DNA from: Azolla caroliniana
Lineage: Eukaryota; Plantae; Polypodiophyta
Assembly: GCA_043228905.1 (NCBI GenBank)
Contig: JBHGNT010000013.1
Span: 7,998,001 to 8,062,000 of the forward strand
Direction of reading: 5' to 3'
DNA: 64,000 nucleotides
Positions 12,071-25,467 of this stretch are shown here, piece by piece. The translations under genes were made by a program, and so were the position numbers. Position 1 is the stretch's first letter. Each line of letters opens with the position of its first letter. A model generated the notes under the pieces. The model worked only from the letters and a program-made list of their open reading frames with translations, made no database searches and was not told the origin of the DNA.

Positions 12071-15000
12071 TGTAAAGAATTAAGAGATGGATTCTGTGCA
12101 GTGGAATAGATATGAACTATGTGTGTGTATGAGAGAGAGAGTGTTAGTGAGAGAGACAAGGAGTAAGACACAAAGAATACGCAAGGTAAAGTATATTAAC
12201 AAAGAAGAAAGACTCAACATTATACAAGGCAAGAGGAGGGTGTTTTATATAGTTACCTTCTCTCTTGATTAACTACAAGACTCATGGAGCATGGGGAATG
12301 TGAAAGCTCATAAGTTATGTGTCATAGAATATGATTCTATGACTCATACTAAATGCTAGAATACAAAGTGGTAACATAATGGTGACTGTTGACCGTTGGA
12401 GTGTCTATTCACTCTCAAGGTGAGCTCACACACTAGACCAAGTTGAGCGTGATTCTCAACATGCCCCCTCAAGCTCAACTCGGGTCGATTTCAGACGGTA
12501 TCCGAAATCTGATTCGACTCGCGTTCCAAAGTCCGTGTCGACTGCAGAGTTGCGGAATCCGTGCTCCAGCTTGCGTTGTGCGGAATTGCGAAGTCTGTGC
12601 TTCGGCTTGCGTCTTTCTTCGCGGCTTCGTTGCGTTGTTGCAGAATCCACACGTTATTTTGTAGTGTCTTTAGTACTCCCCCTCAAGCTTGGCAGGTCAG
12701 GGATCGTCAAACCAAGATCGGTCATGAATTGCCATAGCTTGCCGGCCCCTAAGGCCTTAGTGAAGATGTCGGTCGTTTGAAGATTTGTGTTGATGTGTTG
12801 TGGGTCGACATCGCCAGCTAGAACGCGCTCTCGGATGAAGTGATAGTGCAATTCGATGTGCTTTGTCCGCGCGTGGAACACCGGGTTCTAAGCCAGATAG
12901 ATATTGCTCATGTTGTCGCAGTAAAGGGAAGTCGGAGCCTTGATGGGTACGCCAAGATCCTTGAGTATCCTTTTGAGCCATACGGCTTCACATGCGGCCA
13001 CTGCTGCACCCCTGTATTCCGCCTCTGTGCTCGAAAGAGCGATGGTTGGTTGCTTTTCGCTGCTCTAGGATATTGCTCCGCTGCCGAGGGAAAAAACAAA
13101 TCCAAAAGTTGATCTTCTATCGGCTTTGTAGCCAGCCCAATCAACGTCTGTGTACCCCTCGAGTCGTATTGGCATCGCGGTCTTGTAGAGGATGCCGCAA
13201 TCCATTGTGTCGCTCACGTATCGTAGAACTCGCTTAGCGCAATCCAAGTGAGTATCACGTGGTGTTTGCATGAATTGACTAAGGAGACCGACCGGATAAC
13301 TGAGATCGGATCGAGTGATCGTGAGGTAGATGAGACTCCCAATGAGTTGCCGATAATGAGTCGGCTCACACGCTTTGGTGCCGTAGTTCGCATCTAGTTT
13401 GAGATTGTGATCAAGCGGGGTTGCCACGAATTTGCACTCAGCCATCCCAAACTTGTATAACAAGTTGAGGATGTAGTGTCGTTGAGAGATCATGATTCCG
13501 GCCGGAGTCCGAATTACCTCGATGCCGAGGAAGTAGTGGAGCTCCTTCATGACCGTCATCTCGAACTTTTCGAAAAGGATGGATTTGACCTTATTGATTT
13601 CAATGAGATGCTCACCTCCAATGACTAGGTCATCCACATATAAGATGATGACGATCGGACTTGCGGAATCGCTTCGTATGTAGAGGGAGTTATCCGATTT
13701 TGACATACGGAAGCTGATTTGATGAAGATAATGTGTTATCTTCGAATGCCAAGCACGCGGTGCTTGCTTGAGGCCGTAGAGTGGCTTCTTGAGTTGGCAT
13801 ACAACTTTCGGATGGGTGCTCGAGTTGAAGCCGGGTGGTTGTATCATGTACACCTCCTCTTCTAATTCGCCTTGTAGAAAGGCGTTCTTGACGTCCATTT
13901 GATGGAGCTGCCACCCTTTCGCCGCGGCAAGCGCAATTACGGTACGTACCGTCGTCATCTTTGCCACCGGGGAAAAGGTCTCCTCGTAGTCAACTCTATG
14001 CGTTTGGGCGTAGCCTTTCGCTACTAGTCGCGCTTTGTAGCGGTTGACGGAACCGTCGGCATTGTACTTCACTTTGTAAATCCATCTGCATCCGATCGCC
14101 TTCTTGTGTGGTGAGGTGGGAATGAGATCCCATGTCTCGTTCTTGCGTAGTGCCTGCATCTCCTCGTTCATGGCTTCGATCCATCGCGGATCCTTGGTTG
14201 CTTGGGAAAATGTTTCCAGCTCGCGTATTGTCGCCACCTTCATCATAAAGGCATGATATGCCATGTAGTCGTTGTAGCCGAATCAGCTGATCGGATTCTT
14301 TTCACAGGTGGAGCGACGGAGCTTTTCATTTGAAGAGATGAGGGCTTTCTTGGCTCCAATTGGTACATCGAAGCCGCCGAACTCACTGTCGAGTAAGTGA
14401 GTCGACTCATCGCCGTCGAAGCAATCGTCTTCGTATTCTGCCATTTTCGCCTTGCCTTTGTCCATCTTCGGGCTAGGCCGTGATGTGCTTTGATCGCTCG
14501 GGGGCTCTTGTGGCCCACTTACTTAGTCTTGTGGTAATCGGGCTATCTTGGAACATGTCTTCTAGGCGATCTCCACGTTCTCGTTCTTGTTCGGCCGATT
14601 CCGCGTCGATCGGGGTCGAAGTCAGAATCTTCTCTAGTGCGTACCAGGATGCGGATTCGTTGAACACGACGTCTCGACTTACTGGAACTTTTCGGGTAGA
14701 TGGGTTGTAGCATTTGTACCCCTTTTGTTTGAGTGAGTATCATACGAGGATACATTTCTCCGACTTTGGATCTAGCTTTTGCTGCTTTTCGTCGGGTATG
14801 TGCACGTATGCTATCGCGCCGATAAGTCCGGCTTCTTTCCGAAGTATTTTTCGTGCGGAGTGACCTCGTGCACTCCAGATGTTGTGCACCGGTTCATTAG
14901 GTAGACGGCCGTATTTGCAACTTCGGCCCAATATGACTTGGGCATATGCTTCTCATTCATCATGGCCCATGCTACTTCGAGGATGTGCCAATTTTTGCAC

Positions 15001-17484
15001 TCGCCTACTCCGTTTTGTTGCGGAGTGTGTCGACAAGTGAATTCTCGCTGAATTCCTCCTTTCGGAGATACGTCGTGAACTCGTCCGAGAAGTAGTCCTT
15101 GCTGCCATCTGATCGAAGGCATTGTACATGACGACCAGTGGCTTTTTCGACTTCATTTTTAAACTTTTGGAAGTGTCTGAACACTTCGCTCTTTTGCCGC
15201 ATCGGATAGAGCCACGTGTGCCTAGAGAAGTCGTCAATGAAGAGTAGATAATATCAGAATCCGCCGAATGTAGTCGTCTGCGCTGGTCCCCATACGTCGG
15301 AATGGACTACGTCGATTAGACCTTTGCTCACGTTCTGCTCTTTCGGGAATGGGTGTCGGTGTTGCTTGCCGAATCGGCACACTTCGCATACACCTTCAAT
15401 CTCCTTCTCTTTGAATGTCGGGAGTCCGATGACGACTCCTTTCGATTTCATTGCTTTGAGTTTGTTGAGATTGATGTGGTTGATTCGCTTGTGCCATAGC
15501 TCTATGTCAGAGTCGGCTTTCGTGCTTTTTGCCAACATGGCGGATTTCATCTTGTGTGAATCGAGAATGAACCTCCGGCCCTCTCTTCTTCCGCGCGCGA
15601 TGATTCGGCCCTCTTTTTCGATGAAGCACCCTTCTTGGTCGAATCGTACTTGCATCCCTTGCTCAACCATTTGGCCGACCGAGACCAAGTTCTTCGTGAT
15701 GGTGGGAACATGCAAGACATTTTTAATGTATGTTTGCTTGCCTCTTTTGCCGAATGGAACATTGCCGATGTGCCGAATCGGGTGCGTAGTGTCATCTCCA
15801 GTTTCGACATAACCGGGTCTCTCCGGCTCTCGAAGTTCGAGAAACCATTCTTTATGAGATGTCATATGGTTTGAGGCTCCGGAGTCAACAAACCATACGT
15901 CCTCCGGATTGAGGGCACTAGTTGAGGTAGAGGCCGACATAGAGTTTGCTCTATGTTCCATCATGAACATTCCGCCACGGTCGGAGTTGTGTGCATACAT
16001 TCCGCCACGATCTTCGTAGTTGGAGTTGTGCCCGTACATTCCACTATACTCTTCGTAGTCGGAATTGTGTGCGTAATTCGTGAGTTGTCAGCTTGTGGAA
16101 GCCGATTCGCGCATCTTCTTTCGACACTCTTCTTCGTGGTGGCCAAGCTTTCCACAATATCCGCATTCAGTTGTGTTTTGACGGCTCGGGCCAGAGTGGA
16201 AGCTCCCCCTTCTTGCGAAAGTTCCTCGTTGGCTTCCGTTTTGCGGCCAAAATTGGGAGTAGTTGTCGTAGGTCGGACCTCGTCCGCCTTGTCCTTGGCC
16301 GAATCGGCCTCTCGCTCGTCCGCGTCCTCTTCCTCCGTTCGAGTGCGTGTAGAGCATGTGGCCTTCCGACTCATTGCTCCTTGTATGCACGTGGTTTTCT
16401 TCGACCAATAGCATTGATTAGAGCTCGAAGAAGGAGGGAGATTTCTCCCATGCTAGAACGGTGGTTCGCATCGTGCCGAACTATGGTGCGAGGCCGCCGA
16501 GGCATATTTGCACCATCTCATCATCATCGATATTTACGCTTATCGAGCCGAGCGAGTCGCAAAGCTCCTTGAGCTTCAAGGTGTATGTCGTGATGGACAT
16601 GTCCCTTTGTTGAATGTTGTTCAACTCTTGGCGGAGTTGAAGCCTTCTCGCGGTTGTGTTAGCCGCGAAAATCTTTCGTAGATTTTCCCATGCCTCCTAC
16701 AACGTCTTGGCTTCACGAATGTAGCCAAGCATGTGATCGTGAACACATGTCGCCAAGCAATATATCACACGGCTTGCGGCTTGCTCCCATGTCATGTATC
16801 CGGGAGCTGTTTCGACAGGTCGGTCTTCGTGCACTCCTTTGATGTAGCTCCAATAGCCTTGTCCGACAAGGTATTGGTGCATCTTGTACTCCCAAGATGT
16901 GAAGTTGTTTCGATTCAACTTCTCGGTAGGGAGAGCACTCCCCATTTGAGTATTCATTATGTCAACTCTTCTTCTCTCTTCAAATGCGAGTTATGTAGCG
17001 AAGCTACGATAGCGATGAGCCGGTTCTTGGTCGTCGGCGTAGGACACAACGCACGCAAATGGGCTAGATCGAGCTACCAAGCCGTTGTGATACCATGTAA
17101 AGAATCAAGAGATGGATTCTGTGCAGTGGAATAGATATGAACTATGTGTGTGTGAGAGACAAAGAGTGAGAGTGAGAGACAAGGAGTAAGACATAGAGAA
17201 TACGCAAGGTAAAGTATATTAACAAAGGAGAAAGACTCAACATTATACAAGGTGAGAGGAGGGTGTTTTATATAGTTACCCTCTCTCTTGATTAACTACA
17301 AGACTCATGGAGCATGGGGAATGTGAAAGCTCATAAGTTATGTGTCATAAAATATGATCTTATGACTCATAATAAATGCTAGAATACAAAGTGGTAACAT
17401 AATGGTGACTCTTGACCGTTGGAGTGTCTATTCACTCTCAAGGTGAGTTCACACACTAGACCAAGTTGAGCTTGATTCTCAACA
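12071..17484 (-). mobile_element. Ty1/copia element 2, full length and degenerate, inserted in the LTR of gypsy B
   Basis: LTRs 12071-12461 and 17096-17484; perfect TSD TCAGG on both sides; PBS TGGTATCA at 17088-17095. Gag MNTQMGSALPTEKL, CGYCGKLGHHEEEC, WFVDSGASNHM, integrase and RT 13065-14264. Confidence 0.97.
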
Positions 17485-17592
17485 TCAGGAGTAGTCATGA
17501 AGCTTCTAGAATGTTCCAGAGAAATCTGGAATATACATTAATTTTCTACAGTAAAACTTAAATAAAAATAATATCCTATGTATTACAATAGA

Positions 17593-17650
17593 TAGTGTAA
17601 TGGTCAAGAGCTCGACCCATGTAACATAAGGTCATGGGTTCGAGTCTTGC
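17593..17650 (+). promoter_or_regulatory. tRNA-like Pol III A box/B box cassette in the gypsy B LTR (degenerate copy at about 30169-30226)
   Basis: TAGTGTAATGG (17593) and GGTTCGAGTC (17637) start 44 nt apart, the spacing found in tRNA genes. Confidence 0.55.
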
Positions 17651-18172
17651 CATATCATGACACTATCCCTCCTTTAAAATGACGAGTGTCACGAGTCGTT
17701 TTGGATTGAGGACCTGGTTTATCTGGATATTCACGATAAAAGTCTTCAAGAAGAGCACGAGCATTAGTCACATTCTCTATTGGTTTCCAACTACGCTCGT
17801 TGGGACTATATCCTAGCCAATCGACTAAATAGTAGAGCTTGTTGCGAACAATCTTGGAATCGAGGATGGCGGCAACCTCATATTAAGGTCCATCTTCAAG
17901 TTCGATCGGGGGTGGAGGTTCTGGAATACGTCCTAGGATGGTGTTGTCCTGATAGGGTTTGAGGAGAGAACTATGAAACACCGGATGTATGCGAAGTTGC
18001 GGGGGTAGATCAAGACGAAAAGCGACATCGTTAATCTTTCCAATAATACGGAAAGCACCTAGTCGCCAATAATCCAACTTCTCGCATGGGCGAGTAGTCT
18101 TGATGTGTCGTCATAGTAGCCATACCCGATCTCCAATGTTAAAACTGGATGGAAGCCGATGACGATCCATGT

Positions 18173-21100
18173 TGTCGTGCCTCTCAGCGCCGGATCGTTA
18201 CGTGAGTCGGGTGGGAACCACTGGGGTTTTGGACTAGGAGAAAGGAGATCGTGAGATAGAGATTAATTATGAGTAGATAGCAAAGAGAAAGATAAGAAAC
18301 TCGTGAATCACACGAGTATACTATATTAATTGGTACTTAGGTTGTTAAGAGAGAAGTAGATGCATAAATCGTGAATCCCACGAATCATTTTTATATTGAT
18401 CAATACTTAATCCAAAATAACCAACTACCTTATACATCTTTCTCTCCTCCTTATATAAGGATGGAAGAGGCTAAGCATAGCTTCTTGCTTTTCTAAAGTG
18501 TTCCTGCCCTCTAAATGTGCATGCTTAATTTTATTAGTGTACATATAAATAAAGTTTTCATGCATTCTAAAAATGCATGACTTACCTTTTAATAAAGGTA
18601 GGCGAAATAAAGGCTTTATATGTATTAAATCTATATTTGAAACACTTAGAATAAGTTAGTATAATGTTAAGGTTGGAGTTTGTCTGTGTGGAAGTGCAGG
18701 GTTTGAATCTTGCCCTATGCACGTAACAGAAATTTTAATGTTTCTTTTATTTACAATTGTGTCTCTTCATCCCGTAAGAGACTCTCACCGGCCTTCTTCA
18801 TCCGGCTCTTCCTTGCCGATTCCTCCTTGCCGGTTTGCCGATTCCTCCTGACCGGTTCCTCTTCGTCTGGTTCTCACCGGGTATTTCATTCTCTATCCAG
18901 ATGGACAAAATGCAATTTCCACGTAGTGTGTGAATTACACTACGACACTCACCCCCTCTAAACCCGCACATCCTCCGGTATGTGCCGAAGTTCCCGATGT
19001 TCCATATTCGCCTCCATCCGTATCGCTCTCTGAATCTTCCCTTATGTCGACTACGAGTTGAAGTCCACTTTCTTCGCTATCTGTATCACCGCGATCTTTG
19101 TCCGGTTGCTCCTCATTGTCGGTCTCGTCTATGGTTACATAAGATTCGTTGTTAGTCTGCTTCTTGAAGATCTTCACCCGTTTCCCTACTATATGCACTC
19201 GTAGTATCGTTCCATCCAACTCACTTAGTCAGTAAGTTCCGTTGTAGAAAACTTTCCGAACCACCTTTTTGCGAACTTCCGTACCATTGTATGTTGATGA
19301 TCCAAACTACTATCATAGACAATCACCCAATCTCCTTCTTCAATCTTCCATGGTCGTAGTCAGTGCTTGGTGTCGAACCGGCTTTTGTTCCGGAGTCGCG
19401 CTTCTTGTTATCGGCGTGACGCTTCCGCTACATCTTCCAATCTTCCCTCCAGTTGTCGTATCCAGACCACTAGTAGTTCTTCCCGGCTCATCTCTTCCTT
19501 CCACGGTAGCATTGTCCATGTCGCGATTGCGGTTTCTGTCGGCATTACCGGTGCCTGTCTGATCATAAGTTCTGCCGGCATATAACCGATTACGGAACTA
19601 TGCGTCGTCCAATCCGCCCATAGTGCATACGGGAGCATCAACGGCCAATCCATCACCCTTCCGTCGCATGCTTTGGCAGGTGCTTTGACGATCGGACTAT
19701 GTCCTCGCTCGACCTTCCCGTTGGCTTCCGGATTGTATGCCGTTGTTAGTGTTAACCGAACTCCATGTTTGGCAAAGAATCCCCTAGCTTTATCAGAGTC
19801 AAGTTCTCCCCGATCCGCAATCACTTGTCCTACGCACCCGTACTTGCAAAACACTTCTTCCAAAAGAAATTGACATACCGCAGAACACGAATTTCTTCGT
19901 AGCGCCCGACCTTCTACTTGATTTGTGAGATCTTCCCGAGCTAACACCAAGTACTTCTTTTGTCCGATCCCGGTTGGCATGGCTACAATGTCGACCATCC
20001 ATTTGAAGTTGATTGTCGGTGAGAATGTCGGATGTAACTCATCTCGATGTCGAACTCCGGAGTAGATTTGACACTTCTCGCAGCTTTCCGTGAACTCCGC
20101 GACATCTTTGTACATATTCTTCCACCAATATCTTTGCTTGATCTTCCCAAATGTTGCCCATGTTCCCTTATGTCCAGCCCAATCAGATTCGTGAAATTCG
20201 GACATTACCTGGTTTCGTTGCTCTTTTGTCCCGACTATTCGAAGTGGTACGCCACCCGGTCTTTTCAGCTCCCTCCATAAAAATCCATTTTTCAAGAACT
20301 TTCGGACTTGCCGTTTCTTACTTCGGATCTCGGCTCTCTTCTCTTTATTGTCCGATGATTCCTCGATTTCTCCTAGCATTTTCCCGATCAACAAGCTTTC
20401 TCCCTCATATTCTTCTTCCCGGAATTCTTGGATTACGTCCACCCGGCATATGTGCTCCGAAGCAAAGTAGTCTTTGGAAACTTCTTCATTATCGGATTCG
20501 GTTATGTCATCTCCGAACTGCACCCTTGATAGCATATCCACTACAGCGTTGTCTTTTCCAAAGATGTGTCTTACCTCCGGATTAAGTGACTTAACATATG
20601 CAATCCACCTTAGCATAGCCACATCCGGTATAGTACAACACCGCATCATCCCGAGTATCAGAAGACCATCTGTTTCGATCACTACTTTGGCTCCGATCAA
20701 ATAATCTCGATCCGATTTGATTGCTGACACGACTCCCCATAATTCTCCGGATTAAGTGACTTAACATATGAAATCCACCTTAGCATAGCCACATCCGGTA
20801 TAGTACAACACCGCATCATCCCGAGTATCAGAAGACAATCTGTTTCGATCACTACTTCGGCTCCGATCAAATAATCTCGATCCGATTTGATTGCCGACAC
20901 GACTCCCCATAATTCTCTTTTGACTTGCGCATACCCGCGTTTCCTTTCATTGAGAACCTTTGCTCCGAATCGGATTGGATATCGCGAACCATCCGAGTCG
21001 ACCCATCTGATTCCGGTTGGACTTGTATCAACCGTTACTATAACCGGTCGGTCATAGTTCGGCTTCTTTAGAGCTTCAGCCCTCCGCAGTGTTTTCTTGA

Positions 21101-24100
21101 GCTTCCTCATGGCTTCGGTGTGTTCCGGTTTCCATTCGAAATTCTTCCCCTTCCGCAACAAGTGGTAGAGCAGGTCCGCAATATGTGCGTAGGGCGGAAT
21201 CCATATGTGATAGAATGCACATGCTCCAAGAAACCTTCGGACTTCGGATTGTGACTCGCATACTTCTTTCATAGCTTGAATCGCATCGATCTTGGTTGGT
21301 GACGGTCTTCGACCGTAGGGCCCACATAGATGTCCGACTACCAATATTTCTTCTTGTCCGAATGCCGATTTCTCTACGGAAAGTGTCAGATGCACATCTT
21401 CTAACTTCCGTAACACTTTCTCACAATCACGGATATGGTTGACTACGAACCTTCGGCATCCCCGTTCATCCATATCTTCATCTTTTTCTTCCACCACACA
21501 CCCTTTCATCGGAATGTCATCTAGGAACGGCATCGTTATCTCCGGTATGCAATCCCGGAGCACCTTGTTTGACTACGAACCTTCGGCATCCCCGTTCATC
21601 CATAGCTTCATCTTTTTCTTCCACCGCACACCCTTTCATCGAAATGTCATCTAGGAACGGCATCGTTATCTCCGGTATGCAATCCCGGAGCACCTTGTTC
21701 ATCGCATTCATCATATGTGCGACTGAGTTTGTCGCGCCTTGTGGTAGCGTACACATCCGGACTAATCCTATCGGTGTTCGCACGATAGTGATGTCTCGGC
21801 TCTCCACGGCTAGTTGGAATTGGTCATATCTGGAGTATAGGTCTCCGATGGAGTATATCGCGCGACCGGCAAATGCTTCCGCAAATTCGTCCACTATCGG
21901 AGCGACTCTGGAATTCCGGATCGTGACCTTGTTCACCGGTTGCAAGTCTTGGATAAATCGGAGTGTCCCATTCTTCTTCGGAACCGTAAACCATCGATTT
22001 GAGTACGGAGCGTTTGATGGCTCAAGAATCCCCATTGCCACCTTCTCCTTGAGCAAGTCGATGACTTTCGGAATATGCGCCCACGGCACCGGAATCGGCT
22101 TCAGGCTCCACGGCACATGGTCAATCGTGAAGATCACCATCGGCTCCACTATCTTCGGATCAACGCACCCTATCTCCTTCGATGTGAATGCAAATGCTTT
22201 TCCATGTTGTTCCACCATCTCACGAAACCATTCTTCTTCTTTTTGTGAGAGGAAACCACCTCCACCGATCCGAAGTTTCTTCCGGGTCTCATCCGAGAAG
22301 GCATGTCTGATATCCACAGACTTTCGAAGTGTTGGATCTCCCGAGACTTCTTTCCTCTTTTGTTCGTTATCGGCAGGTAGCGGTCCTGTGGCCGGTTTCA
22401 CTTTCTTCTCCACGGTCTTGTATTTCGTACTTACCATTACTTCTTCTTTGCGGAATGCATCCGGCCCCATTTTCGCAATGATCTCGTACATCTCGACCGA
22501 TTCCACTGGGACTACCTGGTCTTCTCGGTCTTTACCCTCCACAAGCTCTTCAAGCCGTTGTAGCGTGCTCCCATAGAACACTTCTTCGACTACCCCCACG
22601 ATTTCTTCATCTTCTTTTATTATTGATGCCGACCGTAACTTACTCTCTACCTTTCGGTATTCTTTCTTCATTCCTCCAGCTACGGCTGCGTACTTTGATG
22701 CCCCATCCAGACCGATTCGTACTTGTTTTGCTCTGAGAGTCTTCTTCCTGTGTGGGGTATCAGGGCTTCTCGGACTATCACTTCCCCACTCCGCAACAGT
22801 CCGATCTAAAAATCCATCTTTGTTTGGGACAAGAGCTCCCTCTTGTTCCTTTCATGATTTGCCGGCACAGTTAGGAAGTGGACGGATTTCCCTCCGTTTT
22901 GGCTCCGAATTCATGCAAAAGCCGCACCGCTATCGAGTACCTTTGTCTCCATCCGTGAAGCCGTGATGAAGGGTTGCCTGAGGATCATGGAGTGTGAGAC
23001 CTCATCTTGCACGAAGAAATTTTGGTCTATCTCCACATCCCCGATCTTCACCATAACATCCGGACAAGCCGCAAATAGTTCTTTTGTTGCTTTAGTGGCT
23101 GCCCGGATCTTCCACCCATGATTCGTGTTAATGGGCCACTTACCCTTCCAGTAGAACTCCTTGGACATCAAGTTGATCTCCGATCCGTGATCAATCAATG
23201 CTAGCACGGGCTCTTTGATGTTACCGATTCGGACCGGAGTCTCCGTAGTTGCGCGTGCCCAGTGTGACTTTGTGTAGTGAGAATTCGGTATTTCGTCCTC
23301 CAATTCAGTGTCATTCATTAGAACGGTATTTGCATTCACCCTTGGAGCGTTCTCCTCCGTACTTTGCCTTTTTCTCTTCACGAGATCCACAAGAAGATCG
23401 TGGAACTCCTTCGCTATTCCGAGTAATTCTCAAAGCGAAAAATCTACACGGCTATCGAGGATTCTCTCCTCGAACACCTTTTTCAAGTCCATTTGTTGTT
23501 CGATGTCCGAGGCGAGCTTGAATGCCGGAATCATCTTTTCTTTTCCCTTACTTCCGAAGTTCCAGCTTTTTGGTGTCTTCGATGGACCGGCCGCCTCATC
23601 CGTGCGTCGTCGCTTCTCATCTACATACACTTCATGCAATTGGCATAAAGCAAACACGCTATTCTTATCCACGGGGCACTCCCATCCTGTAGCTTCACGG
23701 ATGCCTTCCACGGTGCTTCGGATCTCATTGGAGTCGGTTTTCTCGGGGTTTCCTAGCATATCTGTCCAAAAAGACGTCTTTGCTCCCGACAACTCACCCA
23801 CACTTATTCCCGCGGTTGTCGCATAATTACCTTTTGCCGCAATTTCCTCCTCTAGAACCTTCTTCATGCCGCCTTTCTGGAAGTTCGGTCGTAGTGGCTT
23901 CCGAGAGTCCATCGAATGAATCCAATTTCCCTCGTAGTAGATAAGATCCCGTCGTAACGCCTCCTTGTGCTCGTCGCAATCCCTCCGATCGTGTTCAGTG
24001 CTATCACACCATATATATCGACGGTCCATATACTTGGAGTTTGTGGGACGGTCTCCCGACTTCTTCACCATCGCGATTTTCAGATTCTCCATATCTTTCA

Positions 24101-25467
24101 ACAATTGCTCCACTGTGGTTGCGTCAATCCCCTTCTCGGCCGTAGTTTCTCGAGCCCGCAGTTGATGGTCCTCCAATCCGGATCTCGGTGGTTGTGTCCT
24201 CCAAAAGCACTCCGAGATCTTTCCGGTACCGAACGTCCACAGCTCGCAAAAACATGATGACTTTGTCCGGTGCAAGAATAGTTTGATCTCTCGCGGACAA
24301 CCCCCCGAACCGACTTTCGAATGACAAAAACACTTCGAGGACCTTCAGCCCCTTACCTGGCGTTTCCACCCAATCTTCGAATCCCCTCCGCATTGCCTTG
24401 GAGGAGTCCTCGATGGCGAACGTGGTCTTTAACGCTTCTTCAAATGCTTCCCACGTCGGATTTTGCTGTTGTAACCCGTGGATACTCCCTTGAAGCTCGT
24501 CGGTTGCCACCCGGTTGAAGGATGTCACTTGCAGTCCTTCCGAAATCCGGCACCGGAGCATCTCTGCCTTGTAGTCCTGCAAATATCGCGACACATCCTT
24601 ACCTTTGAATTGCTTGTTGCGTTGCACGAGTCGCTCTACTGCTGCCGAAATCTCCGACATCACGCGTTGTTCTTGTAGCATCCGCTCGAACATCGCCATC
24701 ATATTGTTAGCTTGTTGATTCTCCATCTCCTTGCCACCCGTCTTCACGTCGGGTTCACCACTTGTGTCGTGCCTCTCGGCACCGGATCGTTACGTGAGTC
24801 GGGTGGGAACCACTGGGGTTTTGGACTAGGAGAAAGGAGATCGTGAGATAGAGATTAATTATGAGTAGATAGCAAAGAGAAAGATAAGAAACTCGTGAAT
24901 CACACGAGTATACTATATTAATTGGTACTTAGGTTGTTAAGAGAGAAGTAGATGCATAAATCGTGAATCCCACGAATAATTTTTATATTGATCAATACTT
25001 AATCCAAAATAACCAACAACCTTATACATCTTTCTCTCCTCCTTATATAAGGATGGAAGAGGCTAAGCATAGCTTCTTGCTTTTCTAAAGTGTTCCTGCC
25101 CTCTAAATGTGCATGCTTAATTTTATTAGTGTACATATAAATAAAGTTTTCACGCATTCTAAAAATGCATGACTTACCTTTTAATAAAGGTAGGCGAAAA
25201 TAAAGGCTTTAGAGGTGCAGGGTTCGAATCTTGCCCTATGCACGTAACAGAAATTTTAATGTTTCTTTTATTTACAATTGTGTCTCTTCATCCCGTAAGA
25301 GACTCTCACCGGCCTTCTTCATCCGGCTCTTCCTTGCCGATTCCTCCTTGCCAGTTTGCCGATTCCCCCTTACCGGTTCCTCTTCGTCTGGTTCTCGCCG
25401 GGCATTTTATTCTCTATCCGGATGGACAAAATGCAATTTCCACGTAGTGTGTGAATTACACTACGAC
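18173..25467 (-). mobile_element. Ty3/gypsy non-chromovirus C (Phygy/Selgy-like, tRNA-Trp primed), inserted in the integrase of B
   Basis: LTRs 18173-18947 and 24765-25467; PPT directly after 18947. Gag with IWCDSTEHDRRDC, PR LIDHGSEIN, RT LPQGATNS/PFLDDI, RH and INT HESDWAGH...CEKC. Flanks CATGT/TGCGT fit a decayed CGCGT TSD. Confidence 0.92.
24743..24760 (-). promoter_or_regulatory. Primer binding site complementary to the 3' end of tRNA-Trp
   Basis: Plus strand TTCACGTCGGGTTCACCA matches the plant tRNA-Trp(CCA) 3' end as I recall it; 4 nt from the LTR. Confidence 0.8.

Noticed and set aside
17591-17657. Functional tRNA gene
   Set aside because: No convincing anticodon arm or full acceptor stem; kept only as an A/B-box cassette.
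21569-22576. 335-aa plus-strand ORF (also 7249-7932 minus and similar)
   Set aside because: Antisense shadows of retrotransposon pol frames; no independent motifs.
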